A stretch of DNA of 64,000 nucleotides from Nitrospinales bacterium (GTDB lineage Bacteria; Nitrospinota; Nitrospinia; Nitrospinales; VA-1), in contig CBDCXL010000002.1 of the NCBI GenBank assembly GCA_965223795.1, positions 1,792,001-1,856,000 on the forward strand. The letters are read 5' to 3'. Made by a program: the position numbers and the translations under genes. The notes beneath the pieces are model-generated. The model made no database searches, was not told the DNA's origin, and saw only the letters and a program-made list of their open reading frames with translations. Positions 19,227-27,767 of this stretch are shown here, one piece after another; the first letter of the stretch is position 1, and every line of letters begins with the position of its first letter.

Positions 19227-20717
19227 ATGGCTGCAAAAGTATTCAAAAACTACATCAACGGAACCTGGAAGGCGTCGAAGAGCAAGGAAACCTTCGACAA
19301 CATCAACCCGGCCCATGCCAAGCAGGTGGTGGGCCGGTTTCAGCAGTCGACAAAGGAGGACGTGAAAGAAGCGGTGGCCGCCGCCTTTGAGGCGCGCACA
19401 TCCTGGCGGAAAACGCCCGCGCCCAAACGGGGCGAAATTTTATACAAGGTGGCCGAGCTTCTGGTCAAGCACAAGGAGCGGCTGGCCCAGGATATGACGC
19501 GGGAGATGGGCAAGGTGATCGCGGAGACCCGCGGCGACGTGCAGGAGGCGATCGATCTCACCTATTACACCGCGGGCGAGGGCCGCAGGTTATTGGGAGA
19601 GACCTGCCCTTCGGAATTGAAGGACAAGTTCTGCATGTCGGTCCGCATGCCGGTCGGCGTGGTGGCCGCCATCACGCCCTGGAACTTTCCTATGGCCATC
19701 CCCTCCTGGAAACTGATCCCCGCGCTGATCGCGGGCAACACGGTGGTGCTCAAGCCCGCCAGCGACACACCGCTCTCGTCTTACAATTTTGTCAAATTGT
19801 TCGAGGAGGCGGGACTGCCTCCGGGCGTGTTGAACTTCGTCACCGGTTCCGGCTCGGGCGCCGGAGCGCCGCTGGTGGAGCACCCCAAGGTCGACCTGGT
19901 TTCCTTCACCGGCTCCACGGAGACCGGCAGCCGGATCGCCGCCGACTGCGCCAAACGGATGAAGCAGTACTCGCTGGAAATGGGCGGCAAGAACGCCATT
20001 CTGGTCATGGACGACGCCAACCTCAAGCTCGCCGTCGAGGGCGTGATTTTCGGGGCGTTCGGCACCACCGGGCAGCGCTGCACAGCCTGCTCGCGGGTGG
20101 TCGTGCACAAAAGCGTGCTGAAAAAGTTCACCGATCTTCTGGTCAAACGCGCCAAGCAGCTCAAGCTGGGCGACGGCCTCATTGAGAGCACCGATGTGGG
20201 CCCGCTGGTCAACGCGGATCAGCGGGAAAAGGTGGACAGCTATGTGAAGATCGGTAAGGACGAAGGCGCCCGGCTGCTGACAGGCGGGGCTGCCGCCAAG
20301 GGCGCCGGCGTGAAGGACGGCTTTTTTTACAAGCCGACGGTCTTCGCCGATGTGACGCCCAAGATGCGCATCGCGCAGGAAGAGATCTTCGGCCCGGTGC
20401 TGGCCGTCATCCCCTGCCGCAGCCTGGAGCACGGCGTGCAGATCATCAACGATTCGGACTACGGGCTGTCGTCGGCGGTGTACACGCAGGATGTGAACCG
20501 CGCGTTTCAAGCCATCGGCGATCTCGACACCGGCATCACCTACATCAACGCCTCGACCATCGGCGCGGAGATTCAGCTGCCGTTCGGCGGCACCAAGGGA
20601 ACCGGCAACGGTCACCGCGAAGCCGGTACGGCGGCGCTGGAGATTTTCACCGAATGGAAATCGGTGTACATCGACTACAGCGGCACGCTGCAGAAAGCCC
20701 AGATCGAACACGACTGA
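19227..20717 (+). CDS. NAD(P)-dependent aldehyde dehydrogenase
   Basis: [40 protein letters not shown] 19227 after GAGG. Confidence 0.93.
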   Translation: MAAKVFKNYINGTWKASKSKETFDNINPAHAKQVVGRFQQSTKEDVKEAVAAAFEARTSWRKTPAPKRGEILYKVAELLVKHKERLAQDMTREMGKVIAETRGDVQEAIDLTYYTAGEGRRLLGETCPSELKDKFCMSVRMPVGVVAAITPWNFPMAIPSWKLIPALIAGNTVVLKPASDTPLSSYNFVKLFEEAGLPPGVLNFVTGSGSGAGAPLVEHPKVDLVSFTGSTETGSRIAADCAKRMKQYSLEMGGKNAILVMDDANLKLAVEGVIFGAFGTTGQRCTACSRVVVHKSVLKKFTDLLVKRAKQLKLGDGLIESTDVGPLVNADQREKVDSYVKIGKDEGARLLTGGAAAKGAGVKDGFFYKPTVFADVTPKMRIAQEEIFGPVLAVIPCRSLEHGVQIINDSDYGLSSAVYTQDVNRAFQAIGDLDTGITYINASTIGAEIQLPFGGTKGTGNGHREAGTAALEIFTEWKSVYIDYSGTLQKAQIEHD

Positions 20718-20778
20718 TTGCGGCGGTTCCCGACCATTCCAGAAACATCCCCGACACCCTGAACCCGGAGGCGATGGC

Positions 20779-21546
20779 TTGAAACTTTCTGTGCTTTCCA
20801 GCGGCAGCGCCGGCAACTCCCTTTACATCGAAACCGAAAACAGCCGCATTCTCATCGATGCGGGACTGAGTGCGAAAAAACTGGGCGAACGCATGGCCGT
20901 GCTCGGCCGCGACCCGCAAGACATCGACGCGGTCTTTCTGACGCATGAGCATTCCGACCACGTGGGCGGCGTCGGTCCCTTGCTTAGAAAACACAACCTC
21001 ACCCTGCATGCCACCGAAGGCACGTTTCAGAAAATCCAGAAACGCGCGGGCAGGATCCCCGGCTGGCGGCGCATCCGCGCGGACGAGCCGGTGACGATCG
21101 GCGATCTGAGCGTGGAACCCTACGCCACGCCGCACGATGCGGAAGAGCCGGTGGCGTTCGTCGTCAGGCAGGGGGACCGCAAGCTGGGACTCGCCACAGA
21201 CCTGGGCTCGGCGGCGCCTGCGGTGCGGGAGAAGCTCAAGCGCGCGGACGTGCTGCTGCTGGAAGCCAATCACGATGTGGATCTGCTCAGCCAGGGGCCT
21301 TATCCGTGGAGCCTGAAGCAGCGGATTCTGAGCGATGTCGGCCACCTGTCCAATCAGGCGTCGGGTGAGCTGCTGGCTTCGGTGGTTCACCGCGGTCTCA
21401 AGAAAGTCGTCCTGATGCATCTCAGCGAAACCAACAACCGGCCCGAACTTGCCCGCGCCGCGGCGCAGCAGGCGCTCGGCACGCATTCCGCGGAGATCGT
21501 GTTCGCGCGCCAGCACGTCCCCACCGGCTGGATCGGGGTGGATTGA
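20779..21546 (+). CDS. MBL-fold metallo-hydrolase (YycJ/WalJ-like)
   Basis: SGSAGN, THEHSDH, HDA, LEANHD, GHLSN, HLSETNN. Confidence 0.9.
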   Translation: MKLSVLSSGSAGNSLYIETENSRILIDAGLSAKKLGERMAVLGRDPQDIDAVFLTHEHSDHVGGVGPLLRKHNLTLHATEGTFQKIQKRAGRIPGWRRIRADEPVTIGDLSVEPYATPHDAEEPVAFVVRQGDRKLGLATDLGSAAPAVREKLKRADVLLLEANHDVDLLSQGPYPWSLKQRILSDVGHLSNQASGELLASVVHRGLKKVVLMHLSETNNRPELARAAAQQALGTHSAEIVFARQHVPTGWIGVD

Positions 21547-21573
21547 CGCCCGCGATCTGGTATCCTGATTTGC

Positions 21574-22905
21574 ATGGATGCCAGCGATCACATCATCGGC
21601 GGCGTGTTCGGCATGGCCGTGGGCGACGCTCTGGGTCAGGCCGTGAAGGGCCTGAAGCCGGAAACGGTGCGTCAGTGTTTCGCCCAAATGGACATATACA
21701 AGGATGTGCGGCGCTTCATCGGCAAGGGGGTGAAGCAGTACCGCATGCAGGGTCTGTACGGCATTCCCACGCAGACCGCGCTTGCGGTGCTGGACGGGGA
21801 GCTGGCCGGTAAAAACCCGGACCCCTCCCGCATCGCACAAAACCTCGCCAAACTTTCCGCCGGCGGACCGGAATCCGGATTCGGCGCGTACCGGCACGCC
21901 GAGAGCGGATTTCGCAAGGCCGTCACGTCGATCCTGAACCGGCCCGCGCTGTCTCATTCCGAAGAAAACTTTGGCGGCGGCTGCCTTTCCCTTGCGGTGC
22001 CGCTGGCGCTGCTTCCGCGCCGCAACCTGGATGCGGTGATCGAAACCTGCATCACGACCTGCCTGCTTTTGACACGCAACCGCTGGGAAGTTCTGGGCAC
22101 CGCCGTCTGGGGCGCGCTCCTCGCTTCGGCGTTGGATGAGGCGGCGCACGAAAAGCCGGGGCCGGACGCGGTGCTTGCGGTTTTGGAGAACGCACCCGAG
22201 TGCATCGACCGGGTGGCAGCCGCGATGCGCGCGCGCCCGGAACTGTCTGAACCTTTTATGAAGGACGAAGGGCGCGTTCTGGCGGACGCGCTTTCGGGGG
22301 TTGTTTGCCGCAGCGATCAGGAATGGCCCACGCTCTGCGCCTGGATCGCAGACAACGCCTCCCACCATCTCAGGACTCCCCTTTCCAGTCCCGCCCAGGG
22401 GACGGTGCCATCGCTGGTTCCTCTGGCGTTTGCGGCGGTTTTAAAAAGCGAGGCGGGCTTTGCCGACGCGCTCGGACGCGCCGCCGATCTGGGCAAGGAG
22501 GCGGCACGGCTCGGCGCTTTGACCGGTTCGCTGGCGGGCGTGCTGTGTGGCTACGCCGCGATTCCGCAGGCGTTCAAAGCCGGCCTGGTGAACGCCAAAG
22601 AGATCCGCATCCGCGCGGAAGCGCTGGCAACCGGACGGCCGGACCGCAGCGCGAAGGAACTCCACGCGATGGAGCTGGCGCTGACGCTGAAAGAGCACGA
22701 GGAGGGGAAAAAGTTCGCGTCGAAAAAGCCGAAAAAAGCGGGAGCCAGACCGGCGGCCGCCATCCCTTATCTGGATGAGGATGTGGAGCCGACGGACATC
22801 CCCAAAAAAGAGGACATCGCCGAATGGCGCCGGTTCCAGAAGGACAAGACCCGGAAAAAACGCGATCGCAGGCGCAATCTGGATCCCGAGCAGGATTGGG
22901 ACTGA
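21574..22905 (+). CDS. ADP-ribosylglycohydrolase-family protein with degenerate metal-binding motifs
   Basis: GMAVGDALG N-terminus and GALTGSLAGVLCGYAAIP C-terminal motif; TDD and DxDT motifs absent. Confidence 0.75.
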   Translation: MDASDHIIGGVFGMAVGDALGQAVKGLKPETVRQCFAQMDIYKDVRRFIGKGVKQYRMQGLYGIPTQTALAVLDGELAGKNPDPSRIAQNLAKLSAGGPESGFGAYRHAESGFRKAVTSILNRPALSHSEENFGGGCLSLAVPLALLPRRNLDAVIETCITTCLLLTRNRWEVLGTAVWGALLASALDEAAHEKPGPDAVLAVLENAPECIDRVAAAMRARPELSEPFMKDEGRVLADALSGVVCRSDQEWPTLCAWIADNASHHLRTPLSSPAQGTVPSLVPLAFAAVLKSEAGFADALGRAADLGKEAARLGALTGSLAGVLCGYAAIPQAFKAGLVNAKEIRIRAEALATGRPDRSAKELHAMELALTLKEHEEGKKFASKKPKKAGARPAAAIPYLDEDVEPTDIPKKEDIAEWRRFQKDKTRKKRDRRRNLDPEQDWD

Positions 22906-23131
22906 GGCCTGAAATCGGTTCTCCGAAGGGCAGGGAGGGGCGCGCCGGCTTTGTGTAACTTGCGGTTTTATAATGGGTTTTGCAATAAATGCTTAGCCAA
23001 ATTCACGGAAGGCGTTATAATGAATCAAGGCCAAAATCTAAATTAATTCAAAAAATTCAATAAGTTGTGGGTATTGAATTTTATCGTTTCCGTGATATTT
23101 CTCTTCAAAATTTTTTAGAAGGAGACCCCCC

Positions 23132-23623
23132 GTGAAATTGGCTAAAGCGTTTGTGATGGCATGTTTGATCGCTCTACTCGCCGGCCCGGCCCTGGCCGAG
23201 GAGGAGATTTCTCTGGTGATCGGCAAGAACCTGAAAGTGGGCATGCCTTTGAATGAAGTGATCGCACTTTTGGGCATTCCCAATTCGATGGCCGTGAACC
23301 GCGGCACCGAGCCTTTGCGGGACAGCGTGTCCATCCGCTATCCCAAGCACGGCGTGGTGGTCCACACCCTGAACAAAAAGACCACGGTGGAGCAGATCGA
23401 GGTGCTGCCGACGTTCAAGGGAACGTTCGCCGAAGGCGTGAAGATCGGGGCCAAGTTCAACGACCTGATCGAAAAATACGGCATGCCCGAATCCCTGAAC
23501 GCTCAGGTTGCCCGCTATCCGCAGCAGGGATTGTACTTCATGATGGAGCGGGAAGTGCTCGTTTCCGCGAAAGTGTTTTCCAAAAACAGCAAGATTCTGG
23601 ATCACCAGTTGATCAACCGCTGA
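23132..23623 (+). CDS. Secreted hypothetical protein
   Basis: Signal peptide ending ALA-EE; SD AAGGAG; weak internal repeat (LKVG..EVIALLGIP / VKIG..DLIEKYGMP). Confidence 0.75.
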   Translation: MKLAKAFVMACLIALLAGPALAEEEISLVIGKNLKVGMPLNEVIALLGIPNSMAVNRGTEPLRDSVSIRYPKHGVVVHTLNKKTTVEQIEVLPTFKGTFAEGVKIGAKFNDLIEKYGMPESLNAQVARYPQQGLYFMMEREVLVSAKVFSKNSKILDHQLINR

Positions 23624-23637
23624 CTGCGAAGCGCCGT

Positions 23638-23678
23638 AAAAAAACAGCCGGGCCCCGATCGGGGTCCGGCTTTTTTTT
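23638..23678. terminator. Bidirectional intrinsic terminator
   Basis: A7-C-AGCCGGGCCCC GATC GGGGTCCGGC-T8 between convergent genes. Confidence 0.85.
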
Positions 23679-23713
23679 GGTGAAACGTTCGGATTCTGCG
23701 TTGGCGCCGGTTT

Positions 23714-25087
23714 TCAGCCTGCCGTTGCCGGGGCCGCGGTCTCCACGTTTTCGACGTTGCCCTGTGTGAGGACGGGCTGGGAGTCCCCGCGCTTGAAATT
23801 GTCCCAGGATTTGTATTCGGGGAAGTAGCTGTCCCAGTCCTTGAGGTTTTTCAGGCAGTCGTTGTAGGTCTTTTCGATGAGCATGTCCCGCACTCGGGAA
23901 TACGCCTCCTGAGAGGTCTGTTTCATCTGCGCGCTGTCCTGCTTTTGCTGGTAAGCCTGTGCCAGCATCACCGTGCGGTACAGGGTGTTTTCCAGTTCGT
24001 GATTGTTCAGCGTTTCAATCGCCGCATCGGCTTCGTTGTTTTCGAGCTGCAGATTGGCGAGCAGCATCACCAGCATGTCGCGTTCTCCGTCGAGCGACTG
24101 TTCGATGGCTTCGCGGTAGACCTTGATGAGGTTCTGCCGTTCTTCCGGCGCCTGGAAAACTTTTTGAACTCGCAGCAGGCAGACGGGAGAGCGGGTTTTT
24201 TCGAATCCGGCGAGCCAGGTTTTGAGAGCGGCTTTGGGATTCCCGGATTTTAAGTGAATGTCACCCAGCGTGATGTAGGTGGGCAGACAGGTGTCGTCGG
24301 TTTTGAGCGCTTTTTTGAACTCGACGATGGCGCCTTCCAGGTTGCCCTGGTCCAGTTTGGCAACGGCGTTGGCATAGATGAGCTGGCTCAGCCTCTGCTC
24401 TTCCTGTTTGAGTTCTTCCGCATCTTTGATCAGTCCGAGCGCGCGTTTTTGCACCGAGGCCGCCTGTTCCCATTCTTTTTTCTCAACGTGGGAATCGCGG
24501 ATGCGGAACAGGATCAGCGGTGAGTTGGGATCGATGCTGCGGATTTTATCGAGCACCTGGACTTCCTTGGCCGGCATCCCGGCGGCGGCGTAATCGTCCG
24601 CGAGGCTGGAAAGGATCTTCACATTCGTGGGAGCGACCTGGGCGCCTTTCTGATGCAGCTCCATCGCCCGCTCGATGTTTCCTTCCCTGAGAAAGATCTT
24701 GCCCAGAAAATTCAGCGCGCCCACATGGTTGGGAAATTCTTCCAGGATATTTTGGAACGTATCTTTCGCTTTCGCCAGATTGCCTCCCGTGTAGGCGTTT
24801 TCACCCTTTTCGAACTGGGCTTCGCACCACTTGTCTTTCCTTTCAATTTCCCGTTTTTTCATGGTGGCCCGCATGTTTCCAAACGAGGATTTGATTTTGT
24901 TCCCCCATTCAAGAAAGACCGTGAGCACCACTCCCATGAGTATGAATCCCAGCAGGAGGACCACCATCGGCAGTTCCAGGGAAAAGGACTGCGAGAAATT
25001 GACCTTGACCTCATGAGGATTCAAAAAGGCCATGTAAACCGAGAGCAGGGAGAAAATCAGTAGAAAGATGATGTTTTTGAGAGACAC
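23714..25087 (-). CDS. LapA-domain plus TPR-repeat membrane protein (LapA/LapB-like)
   Basis: Two N-terminal TM helices with a LNPHEVKVNF LapA-like linker followed by multiple TPR helices. Confidence 0.7.
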   Translation of the reverse strand: MSLKNIIFLLIFSLLSVYMAFLNPHEVKVNFSQSFSLELPMVVLLLGFILMGVVLTVFLEWGNKIKSSFGNMRATMKKREIERKDKWCEAQFEKGENAYTGGNLAKAKDTFQNILEEFPNHVGALNFLGKIFLREGNIERAMELHQKGAQVAPTNVKILSSLADDYAAAGMPAKEVQVLDKIRSIDPNSPLILFRIRDSHVEKKEWEQAASVQKRALGLIKDAEELKQEEQRLSQLIYANAVAKLDQGNLEGAIVEFKKALKTDDTCLPTYITLGDIHLKSGNPKAALKTWLAGFEKTRSPVCLLRVQKVFQAPEERQNLIKVYREAIEQSLDGERDMLVMLLANLQLENNEADAAIETLNNHELENTLYRTVMLAQAYQQKQDSAQMKQTSQEAYSRVRDMLIEKTYNDCLKNLKDWDSYFPEYKSWDNFKRGDSQPVLTQGNVENVETAAPATAG

Positions 25088-25335
25088 GGAAAATCCTTTT
25101 AATTTTTGTGGCCGACCCGCTTGACCCGGTTCCGGCCGATGCGGGGATTCTGCATTTTCTGACGGGAAAGAAAACTGAAGAAACCCGGGCGGGAATCCGT
25201 CTGTATCGCGAAATCGGCTGTGTTCAAAAATAGAGCGACGACTGGAACCGGTCAGTCTTGCCGCTCGAGGAACCCCTACGTTATTTTGTTGCCGGTGGAA
25301 ATTTACGTAGGAATATAATACATCCTCGAGAGGAT

Positions 25336-25740
25336 TTAAAGGGATTCTGGGGATTCTTCTTGAGGGAAAGAGTGGTTCCTGGTCTCGGCGCTGTTTTCAT
25401 TTTCGATCTGGCTGAGGCATTCGACGCAATATTCGGCGAACGGAACGACGTCGAGACGCGGCTCGGGGATGGCCTCTTCGCAATTGCTGCAGAATCCGTA
25501 ATCTCCTGACTTAATTTTTTCAAGCGCTTCTTCCACCCGCTTCAGTTTCTGCCAGTCCTGTTCTCCCAGATCCAGCATCAGCTGGCGCGAGTATGCCTGT
25601 GCCGCACCGTCGGTGATATCCGCAAGCGGTTCGGCCATATCCTCCTGGGTGGATTTTAAATTTTTTTCAACATCTCCCAACAGGCTGGATCGGATTTCTT
25701 CAAGTTTGGTCTGGTAGAGGGGTAATTTTTTGGGATCCAT
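25336..25740 (-). CDS. dksA: DksA/TraR C4 zinc-finger protein
   Basis: DITDGA coiled-coil tip, YGFCSNC...IPEPRL..P.AEYCVEC. Confidence 0.8.
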   Translation of the reverse strand: MDPKKLPLYQTKLEEIRSSLLGDVEKNLKSTQEDMAEPLADITDGAAQAYSRQLMLDLGEQDWQKLKRVEEALEKIKSGDYGFCSNCEEAIPEPRLDVVPFAEYCVECLSQIENENSAETRNHSFPQEESPESL

Positions 25741-25767
25741 TGAAACGGTAGCTCCTCGCGATAAGGG

Positions 25768-26121
25768 TCAAAGGCCTACTGCTTTGATGACCGGGACGTC
25801 TCCCCACAGTCGTTCCAGATCGTAATGGGACCGGGCGTCCTTGTGAAAAATGTGAACGATGATCTCTCCCAGATCCAGAACCACCCAGTTGCCGGTGGCA
25901 TACCCCTCCACAGCTGAAAGTTTGTGTTGCGCCTGATAGATTTTTTCAAGGATGGAGTCAGCGATGGCTTGGACCTGCAACTTTGAATTTCCACTGCAGA
26001 GCACAAAATAATCGGTCAAGTCCGAGCGGTTGCGCAGGTCCAAAATGAGTATGTCGGATGCTTGCTTTTCTGCAGCGGACTCCACAACAAGCCTCTGCAG
26101 TCTGTTCAAAGACTCTTCCAT
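25768..26121 (-). CDS. rsfS: Ribosome silencing factor
   Basis: DILILDL, DYFVLCSG, WVVLDLGEIIVHIF, YDLERLW; downstream of nadD. Confidence 0.95.
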   Translation of the reverse strand: MEESLNRLQRLVVESAAEKQASDILILDLRNRSDLTDYFVLCSGNSKLQVQAIADSILEKIYQAQHKLSAVEGYATGNWVVLDLGEIIVHIFHKDARSHYDLERLWGDVPVIKAVGL

Positions 26122-26131
26122 TCAACCCAAT

Positions 26132-26905
26132 TTAAGGCTGACACTGTGCTCGGTAAAGTTGATTTTCAATAATATAATTTTCAACTTTGGGTGGCAACAA
26201 GTTTTTGGTTTGCTCTTTGCGCGCAATCCTTTCGCGAATTTCGCTGGATGAAACGTCCATCAAGGGCAGGTCGAAAAAACGGATGGCGGTGTGCGATGCC
26301 CGGTTCAAAAAACTGAGCACGTTCTCTTCCTGGTATTGCAAGGTGTGAGGAACGCCGAGTTTTTCAATGCAGAGTTTCATGTTCTCCACAAAATCTTTAT
26401 GGGAGCCGGTGCGGCGGCGGGCCACGATGATGTGGCACAGAGTGAGTAGACGGAGAGTGTCTTTCCAGGTTGCAATGCTTTCGAACGTATCCTGCCCCAT
26501 GATCAGATGCAGTTCTTTTTCCGGAGCTTCCGCTTTTAACAGGTCGATGGTGTCGACAGTGTACGACGGTCCGGAACGATGGATCTCCACCTCGGAAATG
26601 CCGTAATCGGGATGCGGGGCCAGGGCGAGACGCAGCATCTCAAAACGGTGATGCGCGGGCGTGCCGTCCTGGTCGAGTTTGTGCGGCGAGACGCGGGCGG
26701 GCACGAACAGGATGCGGTCCAGCCGGAACCGCTCCTTTACCTGTCCGGCCAGCCCCAGATGCCCGTTGTGCACGGGATCGAAGGTGCCGCCCAGGATTCC
26801 AAGGGTTTTATCTGTTTGCCTGCTTTCCAAGTCCGACTCCCGCCCGCCGTTGCCATCCATCCTTTTCGGGGGCTCCTTGCGTCCGCCCATGAGCTCCTGC
26901 GGCAT
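26132..26905 (-). CDS. nadD: Nicotinate-nucleotide adenylyltransferase (start uncertain)
   Basis: GILGGTFDPVHNGH, SYTVDT, IMGQD, VSSSEIR. Confidence 0.93.
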   Translation of the reverse strand: MPQELMGGRKEPPKRMDGNGGRESDLESRQTDKTLGILGGTFDPVHNGHLGLAGQVKERFRLDRILFVPARVSPHKLDQDGTPAHHRFEMLRLALAPHPDYGISEVEIHRSGPSYTVDTIDLLKAEAPEKELHLIMGQDTFESIATWKDTLRLLTLCHIIVARRRTGSHKDFVENMKLCIEKLGVPHTLQYQEENVLSFLNRASHTAIRFFDLPLMDVSSSEIRERIARKEQTKNLLPPKVENYIIENQLYRAQCQP

Positions 26906-27066
26906 GCGCATTCATTATAGAGGACCGGCGCCGGGGAGAAAAGCGGCCGCAAGGAATAACCCCCAAAAAATCAATGAATTTTGTCAAATATATTGTAAAA
27001 TAGGGAATTCGATGACCTAAGATTGGCAGTGGGTGTGCTTATTTTTGGCATGCCGATGGCGTGAAA

Positions 27067-27081
27067 CGACATTTTTTGTCG
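27067..27081. promoter_or_regulatory. Perfect inverted repeat CGACA-N5-TGTCG, candidate enhancer-binding-protein site upstream of pilA
   Basis: Palindrome about 110 bp upstream of the sigma54 motif. Confidence 0.45.
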
Positions 27082-27187
27082 ATCTTCGCCGGGGCGTAGG
27101 ATCGCCGCGTCGGCCGATGCCGCTACACCCCTCAAATAACCCCTTGTTTTACTGTAATTTTTGTAATTTTGTGTGGAGTTTGTGGTT

Positions 27188-27204
27188 TTGGCATTCCGAT
27201 TGCA
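27188..27204 (+). promoter_or_regulatory. Sigma54 -24/-12 promoter for pilA (TTGGCATTCCGATTGCA)
   Basis: Near-consensus TGGCA-N-TTGCA with GG-N10-GC spacing. Confidence 0.75.
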
Positions 27205-27290
27205 CCTCTATGGGAAAAACAATATTTGGTGGGTCAGTCCCTGAATTTCATAGCCCAGTTGTTCAACCCGTAGAAAGAGGAGAATCAGCA

Positions 27291-27671
27291 ATGCTTTCCA
27301 ATCTCAGAAAAGCCAACAATGAAAAGGGTTTCACCCTGATCGAGCTGTTGATCGTCATCGCCATCATCGGTATTTTGGCCGCCATCGCGATCCCGCAGTT
27401 CACTCAGTACAAAAACCGTGCTTACAACTCCGCTTCCAAAGCGGATCTGCACAACCTGTTCCTGTCCTGTAAAGCTTACTGGGGCGACACCGATGGTGGT
27501 CAGAACTGCACCACGGCCATCGCTCAGCAGGCTTCTTATGGCTTCTCCGCGTCTCCGAACGTGACCGTGGCCATCACCGCCGCTACCGAGGCTGGTTTCA
27601 CCGCTACCGCGACGCACAGTGTCACGGGTCAGGTGTACACCATCGACTCTGGCGGCGACATCACTCCGTAA
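27291..27671 (+). CDS. pilA: Type IVa major pilin (113-aa mature)
   Basis: EKG|FTLIELLIVIAIIGILAAIAIPQF; SD GAGGAG; own promoter and terminator; codons typical of high expression (GCT, GGT, AAC). Confidence 0.92.
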   Translation: MLSNLRKANNEKGFTLIELLIVIAIIGILAAIAIPQFTQYKNRAYNSASKADLHNLFLSCKAYWGDTDGGQNCTTAIAQQASYGFSASPNVTVAITAATEAGFTATATHSVTGQVYTIDSGGDITP

Positions 27672-27701
27672 CAGGAGTGCTTGATTGAGCCTTACTGAAA
27701 G

Positions 27702-27743
27702 CCTCGTCCCGCCCGTTTCGGGCGGGGCGGGGATTTCTTTTTT
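27702..27743 (+). terminator. Intrinsic terminator after pilA
   Basis: CCTCGTCCCGCCCG TTT CGGGCGGGGCGGGG followed by a T-rich tail. Confidence 0.8.
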
Positions 27744-27767
27744 CAACTCAGACATTCTTCGACCTTC

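Noticed and set aside
27046..27061. Second GG-N10-GC (TGGCATGCCGATGGCG) upstream of pilA
   Set aside because: The -12 box lacks TTGC; the site at 27188-27204 is a much better match
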